In this document: positions 1 to 11,500 of the stretch, one piece after another | Position numbering within the stretch: the first letter of the stretch is position 1 | Layout of the letters: each line of letters begins with the position of its first letter | Source of the DNA: Nemertoderma westbladi | Lineage: Eukaryota; Animalia; Xenacoelomorpha | Length of the DNA stretch: 32,874 nucleotides | Assembly (NCBI GenBank): GCA_032718475.1 | Contig: JAUCBJ010002230.1 | Location: 1 to 32,874, forward strand | Direction of reading: 5' to 3' | Notes under the pieces: model-generated | Told to the model about the DNA's origin: nothing | Seen by the model: only the letters and a program-made list of their open reading frames with translations | Database searches by the model: none | Translations under genes and position numbers: made by a program

Positions 1-312
1 GTAGTGGCTTTACTGTACTTTAAGAAGTACTGACATGTCATCTTACTATAGTCTCGCATTTATAATACAATACGGACAGTAAGGAAAGAGAAAATAATTA
101 CTTCTTGCCGTCGCACTAAATATATATTATAAGTAATTATGTACGTAATAAACACTAATATATTGCACTAATCTACTAAATATTCTAAAATAACATTCTA
201 CTAAATAAAATTAAAGAAAACGATTATAATAAAATTACATAATAATACATACATAAATATAAAATAAAAACAAATATAAAATGATATAGTCACACGCCCA
301 CTCCATATGTTA

Positions 313-3300
313 TTACGTTATGGAGTCCCTAGATATTTGTCGGATTAGGGAAGTGGTCGTAGGAAGAGTATTTTGCCTTCCATAGTTTCCGGACAGTTTT
401 CGGTCTCTTTCCAGTAAACATAAACGACTAGCTGGGCGATTGAGTGGTTGTGTTAGTTTCTCCGCTCCCTTGGCCTGTCTACTCTCCGCCGTGGTAAGAT
501 GAGGAGGCCATTCTTCTTCTTCTTTACTTAAGGAGTCGGATCCACCTAACCAGCCTGGAGTATCTATCAGTTCTTGAGGAGTTGCTCCTCTGGAAGCGAT
601 GTTGGCTGGATTAATCGTCCCAAGGCAATGTCTCCATTGATCTACATTGGAGTTAATATCGTCATTATCTGAGGAGTATGGTGTTCCCTCAGTTGGGTCG
701 TCCACATCACTGCTCTCCACTTCCCCCTTTACTTGGTATACCTGTTGTTGAGGTAATCTCTCTTTGAGAGTTCTACGGGAAGGGCCAGTGAAGTACCAAC
801 CTACTCTAGTTCTTACCGCATAGGTTTGTAGTGGCTGTGGTTGAGCAGGCCGTTTCTCTAATGGCTCGAGCGCCTCATGCGCGTTTTGGCCGATAAGTAT
901 TTGCACTCCAGGATAATCTGTCTGGAATCGAGGTATCTTAAGATGTTGGACGCTCTCATCTTCGTCCCAATTATAAAGGTCTGCTTGAGTAGTAGCAAAG
1001 TTCTTTATAGCCACCATTTTTACTGACCTTACACCTTGTGTTCCTAACTTATCCTGGGGGGTGGACAACACACCTACATAGTAATCTGCCGTCAGGGTAG
1101 ATTTCCAAACCTGCATAATTCCTGACATATTCAATTTAGTCCGGAACTTGGGTTGTCCAGCAAAGATATCTTCGGCTAGTTCTTGATCGATGAATGTTCC
1201 TGTGCTGCCGGAGTCAAGTAGGGCGTTCACTATGTAACTCTTGTTGGGACCATGAACTCGAACTTGCACTACAGGAAATTCTCTTATTCCTATGTTGGAA
1301 GTTGGAACTTTCCAAGATGGTTGTTTGTCAAAAGGAGTTGGAGTAAACTCGTCAGTGTCCTTTTCATCCGTAAGTGCTCGATACACTGTGGTATTTATTA
1401 GATAACAGGATTCGTTGGCATCGGAGAATTCGTCTGTATAGAATCCTTCCCACTCAGAACCTTGGTCAGTGTCGTTCACATCACTGAATTGGACATGTAG
1501 TTCGGACTCACTTACCTGACTCGGCTTGTCTCGTTCGAACTCGCTGTGTAACAAAATGTGATGTTTCGCGCCACACTTTGCACACTTTGCGTCGGAGTAA
1601 CAGGTTCGCCGTTGGTGTCCTGATCTGAGGCAATTATAGCATAACCGCTTATTCCACAGGACTGTACGTCTGTCTACAGGGGATTTCTTTAGAAATTCAG
1701 CACACGCACTCAAACGGTGAGGCCCGTCGCACAGCGCACATTTTGGTTTGATGTTACTCACCTTAACTTGGTTAACGTTCTGCACTCTCGTTCTTTCTTC
1801 GGGCTTTCTTCCGTGAATTCTCTTAGGAGACGTAGGAGGAGTTGTTGTTACCTGTTCTCTCCTGTCACTGGTTCGAGACTTGTATTTACTTACGTCTTTA
1901 TAGGTCTTGTTGTCATAGTAAGATTTTGCTGTGTCTTTCCCGCTGTCCTCTTCTTGAGAAGCTTGGCTTTCTCCGTCGTCAGTATAACACACTGGTATTA
2001 TCCTTCTCCTAGAATCGGGTTTCTCACTTACCTTATTTTCCGATGTTTTCTCTCTGGCCTGCCTTATGAGTTGTAATTTTACTTCACTATCTAAGAAAGA
2101 CATGAGATCAGCCATGGTAGGGCTTCGGCGTTGTTGTTCATTCATGTACAACACTTTCTTGTCCCAGCGCGTACATACTCCACCCTTTGGTAAAGTAGAG
2201 ACTACGGCTCCAATAACCATGGAACTCTGGTATTCGTGCGACTTACCTAGCCAGTCCAGTTGTCTACAGATCTCTTGTATTTCATCGGAAAATTCTATAA
2301 TCCCACTACTAAGGAAGTGTCGGGGGGCTACCAATTTTGCATACAAATACTTAGCTATGTTATCCTTGTTACCATACCTGATGTTTAGTGTATCCCAAAC
2401 TTGTCTTAATCCATCTGGATGTCCAATAAACTTTAACGCCATTAACTTGGGAGGTCCTTCCAAACACTTGATGAGGAATCTAAGTTTCTCTCCGTTAGAT
2501 AGTACAGAGTTCTGTATGCTATCTTTGTAATATTCGTTGAAAGGTAACCATTTCATCTCATCCCCATTGAATTTGACGATCTCTCCCACTTTGACCGCTT
2601 GGCGGGCTTCTGTTCTAGCCATCTGACGCGTAAAGCTTTCTTGGGCCATCGTGTTATTTAATATCGAATTATCGGTATACAAATTTCTCGGATCATTATC
2701 AGGTCTATAGGGAATATCATTAATAACAGGTCTATAATCACCCTTAATAGGGTTTGCTATAGGAGTTTCAACTTCACTAGCAGTATAGATGCGTGTAGGC
2801 TCCACACCTTGCGCATGTGATACTTCAGACCTAACGGGTTGACTCAATGTTACCGGGGGCATTGGTATGCCTTTTTGAATATTGACTAATTTGTCGCGTT
2901 CTAGCGCGATACTTTGCTGCACTTCTTGCAACTCTGCTCTACTTTCCCTCACTGTTCCCTTAAGTTGGTGGACAGTCTCCTGCATCTGTCCTAGCAGAAG
3001 ATTCATCCCCCGCCGTCCCTCTTCCACCCACTCAACCGCCGAAGCAGGAGTCGCCAACATAGTAGCGGGCCGACGCGGGACGACGGGAGACAAATTTTTG
3101 ATTTCTCTCTCTGCTATCTGGACAGGGGTATTTGCGTGGACTGTTCCACCGGGTACAGGCAGTGTAGTGCTATGTAAAGGGAATTTAGAGTTAAGCTCTG
3201 GAAGTGTAGGGGTCTCTAGCACAGAAGTGACTTTGGGAATTACTGGCCTAATTATTTCAGGTTCATCGACTATAGTAGGGAGTCTTTTGACCTGGATAAA

Positions 3301-4920
3301 TTGTTCTATAGGTTCTGCACTACCTAAATTTGTGCTAGTTAGCTGTCTTTTAACAGCTGGGGGCAAATCAGGCAATTTACGACGGTAATATGTTTTTCTA
3401 CGCCTACTTAGATGAGATCTATCTCCTCCGCCTTCAGGGTCGGTAGTATCGCCTTCCTCCGATGATGTGTACCCCTGGCGTTTGGGAGTAGATTTTCTCA
3501 TTATCTGCATTTGATTAGCAGTGAATTGTTTATTTATACTATCTTGTGTCTCTTGCAGATTTTCCAACTCCAGTTGGGTAGTCTGCTCAGATGCTCTCCT
3601 TTCTACTTCTGCCACTGCCTTCGCTGCCTTTCTTTCGGCTTCTGCTTCCGCCGCTTTTCTTTCGGCTTCTGCTGCTTTTGCCTTTCTTTCGGCTTCTGCA
3701 TCTGCCATAACCGCCGCCATATCCGCCGCCTTTTGTTCCTCTATCCTTCTTTTCTTTATTTGTTCTTCTCGGACTCTAGTGAGGCGGAGTTTTTCATCAC
3801 ATTCAGCTTGATTTGCAGCTAACATTTCGGCATCGATCGCGTCCAATATAAGCTTGGTTCCTTCACTATTAGGGGAAAGTCCATGTAGCCGTCTCCTCAA
3901 CTCTTCGTCTCCTAGGAATCGCTGATAGTCGGACAAATAAATGTCGATAGCGTCTCTAGTTCGTGGTTTCTCGGCGGCCTCTTCGCTTTCCTCTTGAGCA
4001 AGGGTGACATCAGTTTGTCCGTTGACCTCAGTTGGTTCCTCATAGATTGATCTCTCAGCCAGCTGAGATTTCCACTGGGCTGTTTCCTGTACTTTGCGAT
4101 CTACTCGATGTAGCCAAGTTTTGACAGCAACCTGCAGCGACGTGTCCTGTCTTCTTTTGGAAGTTTCCTCAAAGGCTGAGAGGATTAGTCGAATGCGTAG
4201 GGTTCTTTCGCGTATTTGATATAGCAGTTCTTCCTGTTCTTGAGGTCCGTGAGGTTGTCGAAACAGTTGTTCCTCCAATCGCTCCAAGGATCCGAAGAAT
4301 CCCTGCGCATATCCTGCTGCCGACCTCTTCCAAACAGCTGGATCCATTGTATCTTTTGCCACTCCCATCCTGTGTATATCTTCCCAAGTAGCCTCGGACA
4401 TATCAAACGGAAGTCCGAGTCCGGGAAAGTTCCATTGTGATTCAACAATAGATCTCAATTCTTCCCTGGCGTATCCCGCGTAATCATCTTGGGTCGCTTG
4501 CTTATTCTTCGCCCAGTCGGTTTGATGTTCTTCCACCGCAAGGAGTATAGTAGTCAGTACTGCAGCAGGAAGAGTAAGAAGGGGGTCCGAGTAGACTGTA
4601 TCAGCCATCTGCACTCCATGTTCGGGAGTCAACTCTACAGTATCTGAACTGCTGGAGCTATCAGGTCTCTGGTTAGTAGGTTCTTGACCAAGATGTTGCT
4701 GCGATAGGACAGCTGCCTCTTGGTCCCGTTTTACCTGTGCCCGAGTGCCTATGATGGACCTATGGTGGACTAGCCTAGGGTCTGATACTACTGGAGGGAT
4801 GACCTTTTTTACGGTAGGAGGTGAGCCGAACTTCTCTATTATTCGCTCCACTCTCCTATCTGAATCACAGATAGTGGTCTCGATCAGACTGTCCGACAGG
4901 TTTTGCCGAGTGTCAGACAT
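313..4920 (-). CDS. Bel/Pao-type Gag-protease polyprotein lacking RT and integrase core (1535 aa, intact)
   Basis: Pao capsid-like segment KFNGDEMKWLPF...EKLRFLIKCLEG...VWDTLNIRYG (DUF1759-like). Three knuckles CALCDGPHRLSAC / CYNCLRSGHQRRTC / CAKCGAKHHILLH. Aspartic protease ALLDSGSTGTFI...ILIG...RTRVGWYFTGP. RNase H-end remnant QWRH...NPANIASRG...WLGG...WP and polyprotein-end-like RPASRLCLLE. No YxDD RT core and no integrase DDE region. Confidence 0.9.
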   Translation of the reverse strand: MSDTRQNLSDSLIETTICDSDRRVERIIEKFGSPPTVKKVIPPVVSDPRLVHHRSIIGTRAQVKRDQEAAVLSQQHLGQEPTNQRPDSSSSSDTVELTPEHGVQMADTVYSDPLLTLPAAVLTTILLAVEEHQTDWAKNKQATQDDYAGYAREELRSIVESQWNFPGLGLPFDMSEATWEDIHRMGVAKDTMDPAVWKRSAAGYAQGFFGSLERLEEQLFRQPHGPQEQEELLYQIRERTLRIRLILSAFEETSKRRQDTSLQVAVKTWLHRVDRKVQETAQWKSQLAERSIYEEPTEVNGQTDVTLAQEESEEAAEKPRTRDAIDIYLSDYQRFLGDEELRRRLHGLSPNSEGTKLILDAIDAEMLAANQAECDEKLRLTRVREEQIKKRRIEEQKAADMAAVMADAEAERKAKAAEAERKAAEAEAERKAAKAVAEVERRASEQTTQLELENLQETQDSINKQFTANQMQIMRKSTPKRQGYTSSEEGDTTDPEGGGDRSHLSRRRKTYYRRKLPDLPPAVKRQLTSTNLGSAEPIEQFIQVKRLPTIVDEPEIIRPVIPKVTSVLETPTLPELNSKFPLHSTTLPVPGGTVHANTPVQIAEREIKNLSPVVPRRPATMLATPASAVEWVEEGRRGMNLLLGQMQETVHQLKGTVRESRAELQEVQQSIALERDKLVNIQKGIPMPPVTLSQPVRSEVSHAQGVEPTRIYTASEVETPIANPIKGDYRPVINDIPYRPDNDPRNLYTDNSILNNTMAQESFTRQMARTEARQAVKVGEIVKFNGDEMKWLPFNEYYKDSIQNSVLSNGEKLRFLIKCLEGPPKLMALKFIGHPDGLRQVWDTLNIRYGNKDNIAKYLYAKLVAPRHFLSSGIIEFSDEIQEICRQLDWLGKSHEYQSSMVIGAVVSTLPKGGVCTRWDKKVLYMNEQQRRSPTMADLMSFLDSEVKLQLIRQAREKTSENKVSEKPDSRRRIIPVCYTDDGESQASQEEDSGKDTAKSYYDNKTYKDVSKYKSRTSDRREQVTTTPPTSPKRIHGRKPEERTRVQNVNQVKVSNIKPKCALCDGPHRLSACAEFLKKSPVDRRTVLWNKRLCYNCLRSGHQRRTCYSDAKCAKCGAKHHILLHSEFERDKPSQVSESELHVQFSDVNDTDQGSEWEGFYTDEFSDANESCYLINTTVYRALTDEKDTDEFTPTPFDKQPSWKVPTSNIGIREFPVVQVRVHGPNKSYIVNALLDSGSTGTFIDQELAEDIFAGQPKFRTKLNMSGIMQVWKSTLTADYYVGVLSTPQDKLGTQGVRSVKMVAIKNFATTQADLYNWDEDESVQHLKIPRFQTDYPGVQILIGQNAHEALEPLEKRPAQPQPLQTYAVRTRVGWYFTGPSRRTLKERLPQQQVYQVKGEVESSDVDDPTEGTPYSSDNDDINSNVDQWRHCLGTINPANIASRGATPQELIDTPGWLGGSDSLSKEEEEWPPHLTTAESRQAKGAEKLTQPLNRPASRLCLLERDRKLSGNYGRQNTLPTTTSLIRQISRDSIT

Positions 4921-5008
4921 ATTTAGTTATACAGTTGAATGTCTACTACTATAGTTTCAGTTAAAGCAAGTCTAGTAATTCAGTATGACCGCAAGCCTAG
5001 CGATTTAT

Positions 5009-5303
5009 TACCGGTACCGTTACTCAGTGGAACGTGATATATATACAATATATACAATATATATACCGGTATGCTTATAATATATAAGTATTATTACAGA
5101 CTAGATTTGTCACAGAGTACCGGTATATAATTTTAGCACAAATATATATATATATATAGTAGGCCTATAATGAATACCGGTATACAGCTTACACTTACAG
5201 CATGTAAGTATAATTATGAATTAGAATTAATTACAGAGTACCGGTATGATTTCAGCTCAAATTTATAGAAATAAATATAATAAGCCTATGGTAAGTACCG
5301 GTA
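5009..5303. repeat. Degenerate ~57-bp periodic repeat anchored on palindrome TACCGGTA, in the leader just upstream of the Gag ATG
   Basis: TACCGGTA at 5009, 5064, 5118, 5175, 5239 and 5296; an equivalent series occurs at about 13416-13663 in copy B. Confidence 0.75.
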
Positions 5304-6243
5304 TGTCAATTATTTTTAGAATAATTGAATTTCTGAATATTTTGGGGTTACTTGGTTACTTTAACTTACTTTCTTACCGTTGTTTAAGCAGTAGTCCAAC
5401 TGACAGTGAGACCTAGTCGTTGTATGGCAGGCCTACTATTTATAAATCGTTTGAGTTGATTTATAATAGATATATACCCGTTTAAAAGGGTTTTTGTCAA
5501 TATTTGAAATAAATGTTATTATTTCTGGGGGTCACTACACAGAAGCTGAGCGCTCTCAGTGAAGTGCTATTTATTTGACACTAAAACTGATAATTCTAAT
5601 TTACCTAAGTTACTTAATACTACAAATTACTTACGATACGGGTGAGATTAATTCTCTAATTAAACACAACAAAATATTACGTACGAATTTTTAGGGTAAT
5701 TTTACAGGAAGTCTACAAACCAGCCTAACAAAGGGTTAGATTTCTGGTTATTATCAACAGACAGGGTACTACGGTATTTGAATAATAAGTAGTAGTAAAT
5801 ATATTGTACTGTCCAGATAGGAAAATACCACCGCCTGACGACCTATAACCGTATCGCTATAGGTACAACGTTATGTATCACGGATTGTTCCTACCCAGAA
5901 GCTAATAGAGCTAACGAATGTGCCTATCAACCACTTTACAACACAAATATACTGCCTACACTAATTACTTCGGAAGGCACTGTACTCTAAACCCTAAATT
6001 AGGTACAAGTACCGGTATAACAAATAATCAGTAGTTAAATATACTTGAACAGTTAAAAGAACCACGGCATCTGCCGGAGTGACCGAAGCACAAAGTCGTC
6101 AGTCTTTACCTACGCCAAGCAGCCCTGATGTAGTACCGGGGTTAGTTTAACTATAACGGTATGTATAACAAGCACAATTACTGTAGGAATAAACTTGGGG
6201 ACATGAATGTTGCGAATAATCGCATAAACTCTGAATAATAAAT

Positions 6244-6810
6244 ATTACGCTACCCGTACAGAATACTCAAACAAATACAAACCAAACGCTGGCAGACTAC
6301 TATCAAGCCTAAACAAACTACTGTATGTGCAGATTCTGAAACTGTTAGTTAGTATGCGTGCTAACACGGTAGTACGACTTACTCTTTAAGAGGGGATTGA
6401 CCTTACAGTGTTGACTGCCCCAACTTACTAACGGCACTTGATCAGACCAACTCTACACACGCAGCAATCCCTTCAGACCCAAAAATAGCTAGACAACAAT
6501 CCAGCCTACAAAATATTTGAGTAATAACTATTACGGTACCTGAACAGACCACACAAACAAACACAGGCTAAAACACTGGCAGACTACGATCAAGCCTAAA
6601 TAAACTACAGTATATGCAGACTCTGAAACTGTTAGTTAGTATGCGTTCTAACACGGTAGTACGACTTACTCTTTAAGAGGGGATTGACCTTACAGTGTTG
6701 ACTGCCCCAACTTACTAACGGCACTTTATCAGACAAACTCTACACACGCCGTAATCTCTCCAAACCCAACCACAGTCAGACAGCAGCTCAGCCTACAATT
6801 ATCTGAACAA
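6244..6810. repeat. Tandem duplication (~287-bp unit x2) in the leader of copy A
   Basis: GGCAGACTAC...GTAGTACGACTTACTCTTTAAGAGGGGATTGACC... occurs at 6291 and 6578. Confidence 0.9.
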
Positions 6811-8559
6811 TCTGAGCAGGGTCACACGCCTTCTGCTCAATATTAGCCTACTAGTAAATAAAACCAACAGAAATAAGTAGAATCTCAAATAAAAAATCAG
6901 GGCGGCCGTTCCCTGATTAAGTACCAAGACCTACCGGTATACAACAATCAAAATCGAATAATACTAATGTACTTGTACAGCAGTACCGGTACAGGTGATG
7001 ACAGTTAGGCCTACTGACCTACAAAGTACCGGTTCAGTCTGCCTACACTTGCAACCTTATTGCTTACTGCAATAAGATTATAAACTGTTACTGTTCGACA
7101 GAACAGTACTAAACTGTATTTAATGCTTACACTGCAATACAAATTAAACTGTTACTGTTCGCGCTTTCGAAGACCTTTAGCAGTTTAACCTGCCAAAATT
7201 TATATGTCTTTTCGTTAATTAAAACCACTTTAGCATACGACAATAATTTATGCTAATACGCAAAACATTAGCCGAAGTCAGCCCATGCGCGATCATTCAC
7301 CCGATGGATCTACACCCGGGAGACTGAATTCGGATGCTTGAATTGTATTATTACAGTGTAAGGTTGCAGTGTATACCTAATGTATTATTCGATAGATCGT
7401 TAATGATTAATCTCTGACAGATATTATTGGCTTTCGGGAAATATTAACAGTTCCTTTAGGACGTGGCGCTTTACCTATTTAAACAGAACTAAGACTTATA
7501 CTAAACGCAACGATACTGCTGCTGATTAAAGTATAAAACGTATTCTTTAGGAAATACTTTGTTACCAATCACCATCATACACACTATTCTGCCGACAGTC
7601 AGTATATTTGATCACACATAAAGAGAGCAGTAATTGACTCGCGTAGGGTCTGCTAAATAACATTGGATTCAATACACACCACATTAATATAAATCGCAAT
7701 TGTTATATATAGCCGGTCTCTCTAACCTGTAGTGTTATCAAGAAAATTGGGAATTGGGTGATTTATCCGTATTATCCAAATAGCAATATTTCCATCAACA
7801 AATATTTACAATTAATAACTGACGGTAAATTAACAGTACAAACAATATGATTAATGAGTTAGTGAATGATTAAGTCAGGTGACACCGCCGGTAACAGTTT
7901 ATACTTTCGATAATTCAAGCAGTTCTGCAGTTCACGGTACAGCAGTATCTATCCAAAAATGCCGGTGTTTCTGGCTTAGACAGCAATAACAACAAAAGTG
8001 ACAACTCTCTCTCTCTCTCTCCAGTCAGAAGGTAACACTCTCCCTGATTTCCAGGAAAGCTACACGTCGACAGGAAAAATCGCCCTGATTGGCCCAAGCC
8101 AAACAAAGAACCACGCTGCCAATGGCTGTTTCCATGTCAGCAACCAGCTGCTAGATGTCGTAATATGAATCATCACGGCTAAGCTGTGAAAGGTGGTTTG
8201 TGCATTACAAGTTTTTGTCTTACCATGTCCGCTAAAACACGTATATAGCAGAATGATTTTTATGTCCGTTAAAACACCTGTAAAGGTACCTTGCGGGCGA
8301 GGGGAATATATATACAGTTAGAAAACCTTTTTAGAGTATTCCAGCGCCGGGGGGGGAACTGGCCAGCCAAGGCAAACGTATCAGTTATCCCACAAAAGCT
8401 TTTACACATACATAATATAAAATAATAAAATAAATATAAAATAATGTAGTCACACACCCACTCCGTATGTTGTTACGTTATGGAGTCCCTAGATATTTGT
8501 TGGATTAGGGAGGTGGTCGTGGGAAGAGTATCTTGCCTTCCATAGTTTCCGGACAGTTT

Positions 8560-11500
8560 TCAGTCTCTTTCCAGTAAACATAAACGACCAGCTGGGCGAT
8601 TGAGTGGTTGTGTTACTTTCTCCGCTCCCTTGGCCTGTCTAATCTTCGCCGGGTTAAGATGGGGAGGCCATTCATCTTCTTTACTTAGGAAGTCGGGTTC
8701 ACCTAACCAGTCTGGAGTATCTGTAAGTTCTTGAGGAGTTGCTCCTCTGGAGGCGATGTCGGCTAGATTGATCGTCTCGGGGCAATGTCTCCATTGATCT
8801 ACATTGGAGTTGATGTCGTCATTATCTGAGGAGTATGGTGTTCCCTCAGTTGGGTCGTCAACTTCACTGCTCTCCACTTCCCTTTCACTTAATTGATATA
8901 CCTGTTCTTTTGGTAATCTTTCCATAAGAGTTCTACGAGAAGGGCCAGTAAAGTACCAACCTACTCTAGTTCTTCCCGCATAAACTTGTAGAGGTTGCGG
9001 TTGAGCAGGCCGTTTCTCCAATGTCTCGAGCGCTTCATGCGCATTTTGACCGATGAGTATTTGGACTCCAGGGTAATCGGTGTTGAATCTAGGTATTTCA
9101 AACTGCTGGGTGAAATCGTCTTCATCCCAGTTATAAGGTTCCACTTGGCTGGTCGCGAAGTTCTTTATCGCTAACATTTTTACTGACCTTATGCTGTGTT
9201 CTCCTAGTTCATCCTGGGGGGTGGACAACGCACCTACATAATAATCTGCGATTACTGTAGATTTCCAAACTTGCATAATTCCTGACATGTTTAGCTTAGT
9301 TCGGAACTTGGGTTGTCCAGCAAAGATGTCTTCGGCTAGTTCTTTGTCGATGAATGTTCCTGTGCTACCGGAGTCAAGGAGGGCGTTCACTACATAACTC
9401 CTTTTAGGTCCGTGGATCCTTACCTGTACTACAGGAAATTCTCGGATTCCTACATTGGAAGGTGGTGCTTTCCAAGATGGTTGTCGATCAGAAGTAGTTA
9501 GAGTGAGGTCACTTTCTGTATCTTTTTCATAAGTGAGTGCTCGATACACTGTGGTATTTATCATGTAACAGGATTTGTTTTCGTCGGAGAACTCGTCCGT
9601 ATAGAATCCTTCCATCTCAGATTGATCAGTGTCGTTCACATCACTGAATTGGACATGTAGTTCGGACTCACTTACCTGACTCGGGCTGTTTCGTTCGAAT
9701 TCCTTGTGCAACAAGATATGATGTTTTGCGCCGCACTTTGCACACCTTACGTCGGAGTAACAGGTTCGCCGTTGGTGTCCTCGTCTGAGGCAATTATAAC
9801 ACAACCGCTTATCCCACATGACTTCACGTCTGTCCTTTAGTGATTTCCTCAGGAATTCATCACACGCACTTAAACGGTGGGGCCCATCGCACAGCACACA
9901 TTTGGGCTTGATGTTACTTACTTTAACATGTGCTGTGTGGTGCACGTTCGTTCTTTCCTCGGGCTTTCTCACCTGAATTCTCTTGGGAGACGTAGGAGGA
10001 GTTTTTCTTACCTGTTCTCTCCTGTCATTGGTTCGAGACTTGAATTTACTTACCTGGTCTTTAGGCGTTTTATTGACATAATAAGATCTTTCAGTGTCTT
10101 TCCCACTATCCTCTCCTTGAGAAGTCTGGCTTTCGCCGTCGTCTGTATAACACACTGGTGTTACCCTTCTCCTAGAAACGGGTTTCTCACTTACCTTGTT
10201 TTCCAGTGTCTTCTCTCTGGACTGCCTTAGGAGCTGTAATTTCACTTCTCCATCTAAGAATGACATGAGATCAGCCATGGTAGGGTTTCGTCGTTGTTGT
10301 TCCATCATATATAACACTTTCTTGTCCCAGCATGTACCTACTCCACCCTTGGGCAAAGTAGATGCTAAGGCTCCTACAACCATAGAATTCTGGTATTCAT
10401 GAGACTTACCTAGCCAATCTAATTGTCTACAGATCTCCTGAATCTCATCGGAAAACTCTATAATCCCGCTGCTAAGAAACTTTCGGGGCGCCATTAATTT
10501 TGCATACAAATACCTAGCTATGTTATTCTTATTACCATACCTGATGTTTAGTGTATCCCAAACTTGTCTTAATCCGTCTGGATGTCCAATAAACTTTAAC
10601 GCCATTAACTTGGGAGATCCTTCCAAGCACTCGATGAGGAATCTAAGTTTCTCTCCATTAGATAGCACAGAGTTCTGTATGTTATCTTTATAATATTCAT
10701 TAAAAGGTAACCATTTCATCTCATCTCCATTGAACTTGACGATCTCTCCCACCTTTACCGCTTGCCGGGCTTCGGTTCTAGCCATTTGACGCGTAAAACT
10801 TTCTTGGGCCATCGTGTTATTTAATATCGAGTTATCGGTATATAAATTTCTCGGATTATGATCCGGTCTATAGGGAATATCATTATCAACAGGTCTATAA
10901 TTACCCTTAATAGGGTTCACTATAGGAGTTTCTACTTCGCTAGCAGTATAGATGCGTGTAGGCTCCACACCTTGCGCATGAGATACTTCAGACCTAACAG
11001 GTTGACACATTGTTACGGGGGGTGTTGGTATACCCTTTTGTGTATTTACTAATTTATCGCATTCTAGCGCGATACTTTGCTGCACTTCTTGCAACTCTAA
11101 TCTACTTTCCCTTACTGTGCCCTTGAATTGCTGAACGGTCTCCTGCATCTGTCCGAGCAGGAGATCCATCCCCCGTCGTCTCTCATCCACCCATTCGACC
11201 GCCGAAGCGGGATTCGCCAACGCTGTAGCGGGCGGACGAGGGACAACGGGCGACAAATCATGAATATTTCGCTCGGAGTCCAGGGCATGAACTGTCTCAT
11301 GGGCTGTTCTGCTGGGCACAGGTAGCTTAGTGCTGTGCAAAGGGAATTGAGAGGTAGGTTCAGGGAGTACAGGTGTCTCTACCACCGAAAGGGTGGCTTC
11401 GGGAACAGGCCTAATTATTTCAGGCTCATCTACTATAGTAGGGAGTCTTTCTATTGTAATTATTTGGTCTGTGGGTTCTGTACTACCTAAGTTGGTGTTA

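Larger units (their letters stand above)
1..8406 (-). mobile_element. Non-autonomous Bel/Pao-derived LTR-type retroelement, copy A (3' end outside window)
   Basis: 5' terminus TGTAAAAGCTTTTG (- strand, starting at 8406) is shared with copy B at 16662. A ~3.5-kb leader is colinear with copy B and precedes a Pao-type Gag-protease ORF. No 3' LTR is visible in the window. Confidence 0.85.

Noticed and set aside
6121-6160. CTGATG conserved in both leaders, suggesting a hammerhead ribozyme
   Set aside because: No CTGANGA core or correctly placed GAAA and stems.
7155-7180. Possible tRNA-Tyr primer-binding site (AAGGTCTTCGAAAGCG on - strand)
   Set aside because: Only weak similarity, no TGG start and altered in copy B; the LTR end and PBS cannot be placed without the 3' LTR.
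4921-8406. Hidden env or pol ORF in the 3.5-kb leader
   Set aside because: No long ORF on either strand, and many indels between copies A and B.
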